Source: Tubiluchus corallicola
Lineage: Eukaryota > Animalia > Priapulida
Assembly: GCA_030141605.1 (NCBI GenBank)
Contig: JAQGDQ010001670.1
Span: forward strand, 1 to 30,397
DNA: 30,397 bases
Direction of reading: 5' to 3'
A model generated the notes under the pieces. It had not been told where the DNA came from, ran no database searches, and was given only the letters and a program-made list of their open reading frames with translations. Shown piece by piece: positions 14,861 through 26,713 of this stretch. Position numbers and translations under genes: made by a program. How positions within the stretch are numbered: the stretch's first letter is position 1; each line of letters starts with the position of its first letter.

Positions 14861-15318
14861 TTGCATGATTTGAACAAGTCCGGGGGGGGGGGGTATTTAC
14901 ATATGGGGTTAAATCTGAAGTTAAACTCGCACACTAATACAGTCAGCGGGTATTAAAATTCTGTGGGCGCTTTTAAATCTTATAGACACCAAAGTTTATT
15001 CATAATTAAAAGTAATTACTGATTACACAGAACTACTAAAATGGGAAGTATTCTTCTGCACTTTTGTGGTCTTAATTTCATAGGCATGCGTCATCATTGT
15101 GATAATTTTGTTTTGAGAGAATTGGCCTAGCCATTGTTTAAAATTAAATTTAAAAAAATGAGCCAATTTTTATGATAAATTTTCTGTTCAAATTAATCTG
15201 TCATCAGTTTTTTTTGCTAATTTTTGTTGTCGACCTCAGGGTCTACTCACGCCTCTGGATCCAACATTGTGGCCTTGATACTATTGTTAATCCGCTGAAC
15301 AAGTCAAACGTTCATCAG

Positions 15319-15880
15319 GTTCATTATGTAACAAAAACACACTATGTAACACTGCAGCAATGTGCAACAGAAATGCCGCACTGTGCATAATAAAAAAATC
15401 ACAAATTCGTCATTATGCAACAAATTTTACATCTTTAAGTAACTATCGTTGTGCAACAACTTTTGCGTCATAATGTAACAATCATTATGTGACAAAAAGC
15501 GTAACCGACTGGCGTATGTTTAGTCGTGATCTGCAGTTGGGTTTTGTCGCTATCTATACGTCATGTAATTATTGGACTGGGTCAGTAGTACTCTGTCTGA
15601 GGTATGGGGTTTGCCTCCAGCTACTCTGGGGTCTGGTACATCAGAGGTTTTGCTGTCTGGCGTCTGCTCTGTCTGAGTCTGATCTGTTAGAAGTCTGGTT
15701 TTTGGCAATGTTTGGTCTGACATGAAACAAATGTTTGTAAATGCAAAAAAAACTGAAAAATGGTCCCAGGCCCATCATTCTTCTTGCATAATGATTCTTA
15801 CATAATGATGTAAATTTTGTTATCGAATGATGAATTTGTGATTCGTTACATAATGCAGAACTTTTTGTTACATAATGAGC
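15319..15880. mobile_element. Foldback/MITE with long modular inverted repeats (CATTATGTAAC subrepeats)
   Basis: Left GTTCATTATGTAACAAAAA...AATCACAAATTCGTCATT...TTTACATC matches the reverse complement of 15783-15880. Confidence 0.7.
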
Positions 15881-16109
15881 TTTTTGTTATTCAATTAATC
15901 TTAATATCAAGATTGACAAAATCAATTGCAGAGCTGACAGTGTGCGTGCATGGCAGGTAAGTTGTATAGCTGAATCATCTGAGAGTGTGCATGAACTGGA
16001 GAATAATAACAAAATGAAGACAAAATTAACATTTTTTGAAGGCAAGCTTGATCGAACGCAAGGAATGTAAAATAAAAAGTTAACACCAGCCATCATTACG
16101 TAACAAAAA

Positions 16110-16170
16110 TGTCCCTGACTAACGTGGGTTTGAACCAGAGACCTTCCAATTACAAATCAAACGCCTTACA
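16110..16170 (-). pseudogene. tRNA-derived fragment / SINE head
   Basis: Minus strand GTAAGGCGTTTGATTTGTAATTGGAAGGTCTCTGGTTCAAACCC has an anticodon-arm-like region and a B box, but no intact cloverleaf. Confidence 0.5.
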
Positions 16171-16776
16171 TTATGTAGAACCTTAATGAACAGACTGGTT
16201 ATGTACTGTAATTACTAATTAATTAGATTAATATTCTTAATTGTTGTAAAATCAAAAATCATCTCTTGACAATTGTTTATCGTTATTTTAATTTCAGTAT
16301 GTCAGTTAATGACACAATAAACACACAATTATTGATTTTTGAACGAAATCTGGATAATTCAGTTTTATCGAGCGTGTATTCGAACTCATGGCCTTTGAAT
16401 TTGCTGATAATCTATTCAGATTTTCTTAAATTGATCGCAAAACACGGATACAGTCGATAGACTTGTAATCCAGGATCATAGTTCGATGGCATCAACGTAA
16501 ACACGTAAACACGTAAACACGTAAACATGAACTGCCATGACTGCACATGACTTACGTTCTAACTTAAGTAAGTTTAAAAGCCTCAGCAAGCAACGAACAA
16601 TTCGCTGAGTGTTAGAGAACTTACATAAGTAACTTATGTTAATGAACTTACAATTTTTCCAACAATTATTTTCAATTGTAGTTTAAACTCTAGATAAAAT
16701 GATGTCGCGAATTGCTAAGAAGATAAATACATGGTTAGCATTAAAAAAATGTCGTTTTCATAAAATATAGATAAGC

Positions 16777-16790
16777 GTTGTCATGGCAAC
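16777..16790. promoter_or_regulatory. RFX X-box (candidate, Kv1 upstream region)
   Basis: GTTGTCATGGCAAC fits the 14-bp near-palindromic X-box consensus GTNRCCATGGYAAC. Confidence 0.5.
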
Positions 16791-17074
16791 AATGGTTAAT
16801 GATTGCGAATGATTTGCGACATCGTTTTATTGAAGAAAGACACTTGATCATGAGACGAAGCGTTGACAGTTACTTTCAGATCTTCACAAAAGGCAATGTA
16901 AAAAATATAGAATCATAATCATATACAAAATATATAGTAGCTAATGTATGCAATGATAAATACAATGTTACCAAGCTGTTTCTATTTTTTTCTTTGTTAC
17001 AGTCAGGGGCTGTTTTTCTATTGTTTGGTTAATATTTGTTCAGACAGTTTGTTACTATTACTATTCTTATATCT

Positions 17075-17470
17075 TCATCATCATCGTTATCATCATCATC
17101 ACCATCATCATCATCAGCAGCAGCAACAGCAGCATCACCATCATCGTCATCATCATCATCATCGTTGTCGTCATCAACATCATCGTCGTCGTCGTCGTCG
17201 TCGTCGTCATCATCATCATCGTCATGGTCATCGTCATTGTCATCATCAACAACATCATAATCATGATCATCTTTATCATCATCACCATCACAATCATCAT
17301 CATCGTCATCATCAACATCATCATCCTCATCTGTATCACCATCACCATCATCATCATCGTTGTCATCATCGTCGTCGTCATCGTCGTCGTCGGCATTATC
17401 ATTATCATCGTCGTCATCATCATCTCCATCACCACCATCATCATCATCATCGTTATCATCATCACTACCA
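17075..17470. repeat. Imperfect (CAT/CGT/CAC)n trinucleotide tract
   Basis: Read directly; explains the poly-His/Asp/Ser/Met ORFs in the track. Confidence 0.95.
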
Positions 17471-17971
17471 TAATTTTCAATTATGTTTAACAGCATATTA
17501 TTGTAGCTTCAATGATCACGTTGTTTTAAGGAAAGTGGTGAGTGTAGTGGCTTTTATAATAAGATTACATTACTCAATACAAACCTCGCATTCAATCTTA
17601 ACAAAACACAACATAAAACTTTCGGATTCACACTCACAAAGTTACCAATTCACTAAATCTTTAGAATAATAAAAACTAGCAGTGTTCTATTGCACTATCA
17701 AACTGTATAATATCATTAGGCCTACACCAGTATTACTGAGTGGTCCTAATTTGTACTTTGAACTAGTTAGTTTAATATAAATGACATACGCATGTGTCAA
17801 TGGTATGTTGTACTATTTATCTAATATTTGTACATAAAGGGAATTATACTTCGCACGATAGGTTGATTTCTTAGATAAAAAATTACGTGCGAACGCATGA
17901 GTATTTACGTAAAACTTTAGTCATTTGGGTGGGTGCTATATTGAGTGTATGAGTCATCAGGTCTGTTTCAG

Positions 17972-18375
17972 TTTAAATTTATTTATATATTTGTTTATTT
18001 ACCTTTATAAATTTATTTAATTGTTTATTTATTTATTTACCTTTATAAATTTATTTAATTGTTTATTTATTTGTTTATTTACTTTTATAAATTTATTTAA
18101 TTGTTTATTTATTTGTTTATTTACTTTTATGAATTTATTTAATTCTTTATTTATTTGTTTATTTACTTTTATGAATTTATTTATTTAGTTATTTGTTTAT
18201 TTAGTTTTATGCTTTTATTATTATATATATACTTACTTATTTTAAGCATGCATTTATTTAATAGTTTATTTATTTATCTACGTATTCTGCCTACGTATTT
18301 ATTTATTTATTCATTTGTTTATTTATGTATTTATTTATTTGTTTGTTAATTTATTAATTGGTTCATTTATTTATC
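17972..18375. repeat. (TTTA/TTTG)n low-complexity tract with ~40-bp larger units
   Basis: Repeating TTTATAAATTTATTTAATTGTTTATTTATTT units. Confidence 0.9.
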
Positions 18376-18799
18376 AAACGCGAAATTGTGTTTGTGTGAT
18401 AATAATTATTTCGCGTGAGTCATTTTTGGAAAAAATAGAATGTTTCCTTTCAATATATTATAGAGTAGATCGTTTTGACTTACAGTTCAAGATTGGGTCC
18501 AGTTTTGCTTTCATTTTGAAGTAATGGTATAGGTGTCTGTAAAACTGCTTACGTACACAACACTTTAGTTAAATAAAACGAACGCCTACTTCGTTATTTT
18601 CATATCAAGACAAACCAAAGAGAATCTACGCCATCGCGACCCTGATACAGGAAAAGTTGAAAAATCTGGGAGACATTGAACAGCAAAGGGGGTTCGCTAA
18701 TGAGGTATTTGTATCAGACCAGATGATAAAACAAGTGAAATGGATGCATGTGAAAAGGAATAGCTTTAAAAAATTTCTGATGAAAAATTTCTGATGAAA

Positions 18800-19231
18800 A
18801 GATTAAATTCTACTCTAATATTAATGTTAGAAAATTTTCTATTAAATACAATGGCCCTTACATATGGAATTCAATTGCTCCAGCTATTAAAAATGCCAAC
18901 TCGCTGTCCATATTTAAAAAAATATATAAATTAAACTTACTTGAGACATATAACTGATCACTCAATCATGATTTGTTGTTTTCTTTTTCAAAAACTGTAT
19001 AGTAAAATAAAATTTTTAATACTTCCCTCCCATATTTATATTTATATTTGTATATATTGTAATTTTTTTCGGAATTCTAGTGGCCTACCATAAGCTAGCT
19101 TCCAAGGTCTCTAGCGCAGTATTCATGAATTTTGTCATATTTTTGTATTAACAAAACCTGATGCACATGTAATGTAATGTATATGTATATGTTTATTGCG
19201 AAATAAATCTATTAAATATATATATATATAT
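18800..19231 (+). mobile_element. 5'-truncated non-LTR retrotransposon (CR1/L2-like) 3' end
   Basis: 18811-18957 reads YSNINVRKFSIKYNGPYIWNSIAPAIKNANSLSIFKKIYKLNLLETYN*, typical of the ORF2 C-terminal GPxxWNSxP...SLxxFK motif. It is followed by a 3' UTR, AATAAA (~19202) and a (TA)n tail. Confidence 0.8.
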
Positions 19232-19438
19232 TTCCTAGCTTTATCAATCGTCATTCAATATACAACGCCAGACAATCAAATTTGAACTATGTGGACCAAA
19301 ATAGCCTAAAATAGTTTCTTAATACTATTTGCAGTATTAACCTTCACCATCTAGGATTATAGGCCTACCTGAATCCGCCACATTCGTGTAAAACTTCTAA
19401 GCAAAAACTCGCTCAGCTACGACTGGATATATTTATCG

Positions 19439-19452
19439 GTCTCCATGGAAAC
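19439..19452. promoter_or_regulatory. RFX X-box in the ANKRD60-like proximal promoter
   Basis: GTCTCCATGGAAAC lies about 180 bp upstream of the ATG at 19634. Confidence 0.6.
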
Positions 19453-19526
19453 GAATGGTCACGTAACTAACGTAGTGGCTCAATACAAACTAGAGCAGAG
19501 AATCTTGTCCGGGTGCCATTAATAAG

Positions 19527-19610
19527 AGATTTTAAAGGTTTAAAGACAGATTTTAAAGATTTAAAGACAGATTTTAAAGGTTTAAAGACAGATTTTAAAG
19601 ATTTGAAGAA
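19527..19610. repeat. 21-bp tandem repeat x4 in the presumed 5' UTR
   Basis: AGATTTTAAAG(G/A)TTTAAAGAC units with alternating G/A. Confidence 0.85.
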
Positions 19611-19633
19611 GGTAATAGATTGCTGATGCCATC

Positions 19634-22600
19634 ATGAGGTCCAAGAAGAAGACGAGGACCTCGACGTTGACGCCAAAGGAGTTGAAAATTTACCTGAAAG
19701 TGCACAAGAGCAGTGTGAAACATCAGCTTGTTGCTGACAGGGAAACCACGATGCTGGATTTAAGAGCTGCCATGGAACTAGGATTAGGCATTCCAGACGA
19801 GGTGGCGCGACTGTCGTTCTTGGACGAGGGTGATCTTGATGACGACACTACGGTCGCCGATGCCTTCCTTGTAAATGGTACAGTTATTTCACGTACTTCT
19901 TTACCTTTATTGACTAAAGGTGAGAATCTCAGTCAATCACGCAATCAATTGGTTAGTAAGTCAGTCGGTCAGTTTGTAATTCAGTTAGTCTGTTGTTTAT
20001 CCAGCTGGTCAATGTCCAGCTAATTAATGAATGAACTAATTAATCGATTGGCTGATAAATCAGACAGTCGATCGCTTAATTGGTTCGTCGGACAGATGAT
20101 TAGTCAATCAGTCAGTCGATTACTCAGTCAGTTAATCAGTCAGTCAGTCAGGTCAAACGGTCGGTCGGTCAGTCAGTCAGTTAGTCGGTCGTTCAGTTAG
20201 TCAGTGAACTAATTAACCAGCCAGGAAGCCTACTAACCCGCCAGCCAATTAACCACAAATAACCAGTCCATCAGCCAACCAACAGATATTCAACCAACTA
20301 ACCAATCAACTACCATCTAAGCAACCAACTAACAACAAGCAACCAATCAATCACCAGCCAGCCAACTAATACAACACTGTTTATTTGGCCTCTTGTCTTC
20401 ACTGCCCTCAACGTCTAACCTCTAGTCATTGTTACAGTAAAACAATGACACGTGCTTGCTGTTTGTGACGTCACGCGGCAACTTTCAGTGAGAATGTTGG
20501 GATTTCTGTGTGAAAAACTCTCAAATCAACATCCGACAACATGCAAAATATTTTTTAAATACAATAAATAAGATTAATTTTAATTATTTCATTATTTTGT
20601 GCAGTTTTTCAGTCTGGGAATTCGACCGCGTTATTACACCTGCGTTAGTTCATCTTAGTCACCTCTTTTTTCTTATCTTAAACACCCTTCCCCGCTTGTT
20701 CAGTGGAGAGTCCTTTAAGAAAAACATTCCGACCATTTCCTCTTCTTTCCGGAAGTGTGTTCGTCTTGTTCAAACAGTTGCAAAAATCCATCTCTTGCTG
20801 ATAATCCTGCACACGTAGACACGAAGAACAGTTTACAACCGTGGCACTATCTGAAAGAAGGCACTTGGTAGCTTATAGAGCACTGAATCCTTCAATCCAT
20901 TGTATTCAAAGGCTACTCCAGGTATATCAGAAAAGGATAGCATCGGATGGAGTGGTTGCATCCGCTCGTAGACTTCTTGTAGAAACTGCAAGATGAAGGC
21001 AGAGACCATGACATACACGCGTATGTGACTGTGCACTAGGTGCTAACGGTGCAGTTCACGATGAACTCTGCATTAGATGGTAACGGTGCAGTTCACGATG
21101 AACTCTGCATTAGATGGTAACGGTGCAGTTCACGACGAAGAACACACGCTACGTCATTGTCAAAAAACTGCATTTGTCAGATTGTTGTGGAGATCCACAA
21201 TAGAATATTGTAGAATGTTCTATAGTATAGTTGAACAATCTTCTTACCTTGTAGAAGTTTCGAGAACTTTCTATTTCTAGATTGTTCCCTGGCACTGATA
21301 TATAAGGCGGAGCTGGCCGCTGTAGTTTATTCTCACACATGCTCTTGTATCCTTGTATTCTCAGATTCTCAGATACGCTTTCTTGCTTTCACGTTTCCAG
21401 ATTTTCACATTTACTGTAAACATTTCGCGTTCCTTCATACTTTTGTGTTGTAGAATTCTCGAATAATAAACTAGTTTAATTTGACGACGTGTTTTCTGGT
21501 TTTCTCTATGAGCCTTCCGAGAGAAACAAAACTCAACAGTCATCAATTTTGTGTCTGCTTGTTTCAAGTTATTTTAATTGTCACATAATAAATTTGTTTA
21601 TTGTTCTTGTTGGACTAATTTTCCTCTTTGTTAAAGGACAAGAAAAGGGGTACCTGAAGTAGGTTTCAGCAAAATCGCCTTAAAAAATTTTGTTACTTTA
21701 TAGCAATTTTATGCGTATATCGTACTCGCACTGAAAGGAATTTTAGTTTGTTTTCATTTTACATCTCCCGCAATGCTGTTCCGAAGTCGCCATTGCATGA
21801 CGTCATGTACCAAACGTAAATCAGGGGAAGAAAAGCAAATGTTAAATTATGCCTCAAAAGACTTAGATACTACTTAGATTTTCGCTTACCTACTAGAAAC
21901 ACTTATGTAACTACAAAAGAAAATTATTAATTATTTAAATATTTTCACCAATTGGCAAAATGTCGCTGACTCACCCTCCAGGGAGCACCACTCACTAACC
22001 AAAAAACGTATTTTTAATCTTATTGACAAGATACAGTAATTTTAAATTTTACTCAGTTAGTGACTTGTGCGCTACGAATGCTCTGATTATTTTTCCAAAA
22101 TTTGCAAAATGTTATCAAAACTTGTTTCAAATGACCTGTCAAATGAAAATGGCTGCGTCTAACGGTCATCGCGGGAGTTTAAATTTACATGTTTTATACA
22201 GCGTTACTGCCGATTGAAGTCCTGCACGCAAAAAGGCAGTATGTAAGTGATATAAAATTTCAAAACGAATTTTTAAGCTTTATGTTTATGGAGAGTTTTC
22301 TTGTGTTTTAAGTTCTTACCCTGTATAATTGTAACTAATAATCAATAAATATAATTTAATTTAACCCTTTCATACCCGTTGTATCCCGTGGGATACGAGA
22401 ATATTTTCTGCCTTTAAAATTAATAAAATTTTAAAACTGACAGTTATTCGATCTGTTAATACTTATTTTGATTTAAGCCAATAACAATAGACTAAAATAG
22501 TAATAAAATGGCAAACTAGAAAATCTACATAGTATAAAAACTGCTCAAGGTACAGTACTTTAGAGACGACTTTGTACCGATCAGCATAGCGTGCATACTA

Positions 22601-25322
22601 AATGTCTTAAATACTTTAAAAAATTATCAGCAGTTGCAAAATGAAGCACATTTTATGCTTCCATTGAATCCCAATGTATCCCGTGGGATACAGGCTATAT
22701 TTAGCACGCGGGCACAGGTAGAAAAAAATAATTATTATGTGTAAACAAGATGGACATACTGAACAATAGTACCAAGCCAAAAAAAATTTTCTTATTAAAA
22801 AAATAATTTGGGACTGAAAGGGTTAAATCTAATCCATGTTGCCAAAGGTTACGCCTGGGTTGGATTTTAAAGCCTAAGCTGGATCATAGTTGCCCAGAAA
22901 GGTTCTCGGAGAAGAAATGGCGAGTCTTGGCCAAAGCAAGACCAGATCAAAGACACGCGCCTCGCGTGTGACCTCCACGAGCATAAACAGCCGCCCGCTG
23001 CTCTTTCCCAGCCGGTATACTGACCAGCCGGCTACTACTTCCGGTCATCAATCATCCTGTCTCACTTCATGTTAACTCCAGTAGTAGTAGCTAAACGGCA
23101 GCCAATAGCTTGCTGCAATCAGTAATTAAACACGTAGCATGAGTAGATTGATGTACTCACTCACTCACCAACTGACTGACTGACTAACTAACTGACCAGT
23201 CATGAATCATCATCCTTGATGATTCCTTGTTATTACAACTAGCGGTAAAAATTGTACGATAGCTAATAGTTTCCTGCAGAGTAACTCTGCTAACTCACTG
23301 ACTAACTGATTGACAGGTTGTCAATCATTCTGGGCTGTTCCGTGTTATTAAAATTTGCAACAGTAACTATGAATGACATCCAACGTCTTCTTGCAAAGTC
23401 ACTGATCAATCTTTTGATTTCAGCAGAGTTATTTAGAATGACTCACTGACTGACTAACTGACCGACCAACCCGACTGACTGACTGATTGACTAATTAACG
23501 TTATGGTATATATACATTACTGTGTTCCATCCCTTTCAGGTTCATCTATTACGGTGCGTCCGTGGTGGTACTGGGAGGCTCTAATACTATGGACAGTCCG
23601 TGCAGAGGCACCTAACGACTTTCCACAAATGGGGATCGCTCCAGACAGCCCGTACAGAGACGAGTTTTGTGTTCAAATGTCGGAGGCAGAAAGAGAAGCT
23701 TGGTTTCGTGACCGAGGAGGCGTAGCTTTATTTATTGCTTGTAGGAGAAGCCACTACAAGCTCGTACATCTGCTTTTGAAGGCGGGTTAGTATATCAGCC
23801 TCCCAGTGAGGATTTTTGTATATAAATGGCCCGAACTGCCGCCCCCCCAGCCCAAGCAAGGCGAATGGCTACGCAAGATAAGGGTAAATCTACATGAAGT
23901 TGTGAAATGAAAATGTTTTTTTACTAGATGAACAATGTGAACAATGAGGCGATTAAAGGAAAACAGGACGGTTTTTCAAATCCTATTTTATAGTACTGAA
24001 AAAGTACAAATATTAACTTTCTATAGCCACTATAGCCAGTGAAGAATTTGAAAAAGGGGCGCAGCGTGTCAAATCCGTCACGCCATTCCCCCTCCTTGAT
24101 AAGTAGTGCGTAACTTAAGCCTTATCTACTAACTGTTATCATCTTAAACGTACGTTTTAGCAAAGCTCCTACCACAGAATTAGTATCGGTGACAAAACTT
24201 TAAATTTTGTAACGCGTAGTACAATTGAAAAGGCTGATGAAGTTATAATTCGCTAGAAATATCAGAAAGCTCAGAATAAACTTTTAAATGAAAACAGTTC
24301 GAAAACTGCTTTATTACAGTAACATTTCAAATTAAATTTTTCAATGAATATGAATATGAATATGAATATGAATATGCAAATTTTCCTTTTAGTTTATATC
24401 CAAAGGGAAAACTTTGTGATCGGACGCGTGATGATGCATTTTCCTATTTGAAGCTGTACTACGCTGTAAACCTTATATATATATTATATTATATTATATA
24501 TTATATGGGCGAAGCCAGTTTTTTTACTAGTCCCTCTTCTTAGTTCTGTTCGGTTCAGTACTTCGTTGCTTCCACTAAAATGGTTGTAATATTTTTCTCA
24601 ACTAAATAAAACTTATTTCTTAACGTAAATAAATATTTACGTAACTTTAATTTATCGTTTTCGAGTTTACTCTACACCACTTAGCATAGCCTTTTCATTC
24701 ACATTTTTGTACATGAGTTTTGTTTCACAATTGGATGGGTGACGGGTTCATTCTCTCATTAACAGACAATGTTCCAATTAAGAATATAAATAATTAACAA
24801 AGACTAATTAAAAAAGTTGCTATAATCAGGTTTTATTATTAAGAGTGCAAGTGTTGCTTAGATTGTTAATTAAAGGAAAACAATATGATTTTCCATATTT
24901 TGCCCCATTTTGAAATACGACAAAAACTCTACATCTTAACACCTATAATAATGCCAAAGTATTTCTGGTAATTAATTTATAGATTAAAAACATAATTGAA
25001 GGCGGGCGAGCCTAACTATTGATGACATCACAAACTAACATAATTTTCAACATCAAAAATATTCCACGAGCGTGTTGCACGCGTTTGAGAAAACGAAAAT
25101 TGAAGTACAGTGCTAGTGTAAGATACTCAGTGTGTTGTACTGAAACTAGGCAAGTTTTAAGATAAAAATTAAAATTTCAAATTTAGCGCTGTACTCACGC
25201 ATGAGCTGTGAAACGTGTGCAGTTCGTCACACACTCATACATCTGAACTGAGAGGTACAGCACTTTTTTGTGAAATGCGTTTGAGAGATGCAGGCGCTAG
25301 TGCCCATCTAACTAGCGAACGG

Positions 25323-25368
<46 letters not shown>

Positions 25369-26551
25369 TTATTTGTCTTTAAAATGGTTCACTCATTACT
25401 CATTATAATAAATTGAGTAAGCCTCAGCGCGTAATGTTAAGATAACAACACTGTTCAAGACAAATGCGTCCAGTGCAGACTAAAAAAACTAAAGTGCAAA
25501 ACTAAGGCCTAATTATATACAATAAATGAACATATTTACAAACACCATATTAAAATATTTTTACAAAACAATATTACAAAAGTACATTAAATTTTACATG
25601 ACATATTTTACACTATATATATACATTTGACATGACACAATTAACAGAAACATGCTTTATATTACATAAACTTCACTCATTACATTTACACTATTTATAC
25701 ATTTGACATCACAAAACTAACATAACACGTATTACATTACATAATTTAAAAAAAATCATTTTTAATCGTTATATGAAGTCAGGGGCGGGGGTAGATGAAA
25801 GTTGGGCCTGTGTAATTGCATGTAACAGTGAAGAACTAGTGACATTTCTGTGATAATAATTCGTTCATGTAAATCATTCTTGAAAAAAAATGTGTTCACT
25901 TGTGATGTTATGTTAGGTAGAATGTTTTGAACCAGTTTAAGATTTGGTCCTGTGTTCCTTTAAACGTTCTCAAATTGCACTTGTAATTCATAATAGTAAA
26001 ATTATTCAATTTACTTTTTGTGGGCAAAAATCTTCAGTACGAAAATGTACAGTTTTCAAATTTAATCTCGTTTTTTGTTCTACGATAATCTGAGTTATAG
26101 CCTATAAGCATAGCAGCTTGCGCGCACGGAAAATATCATTCTTTAAACTGCATCAGTGAGCATCAGCAGCAGCTGCAGCTGGGTGCTTAGAGGATTATCT
26201 CAAAGCTCCACCTTCGTGGCCTATATTTGATCCGTGACCTATAATAAACTAATTGACAGAGGCACCATGTGTGTGGGCGTAGCTACAGCCTGAAATGCAG
26301 ATATCAATGCGCCCGCATGAGACCTCTTTCAGAGAGATGGTGCATTCAAACCACTTAGTTTCTGGAAAATAATTGATTATGTGTGTCCGGATAAGAAAGC
26401 AAGAATAAGAAAGAAAGAAAGATAGTAGGAAAGATAGAAAAAAGAAAGAAAAAAGACGAAAGAAGGAAGGACGTGAAAGAGGAAGAAAGGGAAAGGGTGG
26501 AAGGAAAAAGAAAATAATCGATTGTGTGTAACTGGATAAGGAAGCAAGAAT

Positions 26552-26603
<52 letters not shown>

Positions 26604-26653
26604 ACGCGAAAGAAAATAATCGATTGTGTGTAACTGGATAAGGAATCAAGAAT

Positions 26654-26713
<60 letters not shown>

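Noticed and set aside
14896-14900. Candidate upstream Kv1 5' UTR donor (GTAAAT on minus) next to the repeat tract
   Set aside because: Weak consensus; non-coding exons cannot be called without transcripts.
16110-16170. Functional tRNA gene
   Set aside because: No acceptor stem or complete D arm.
16944-17669. His-rich, Asp-rich and Met-rich ORFs
   Set aside because: All are translations of one trinucleotide microsatellite open in several frames, with no splice support.
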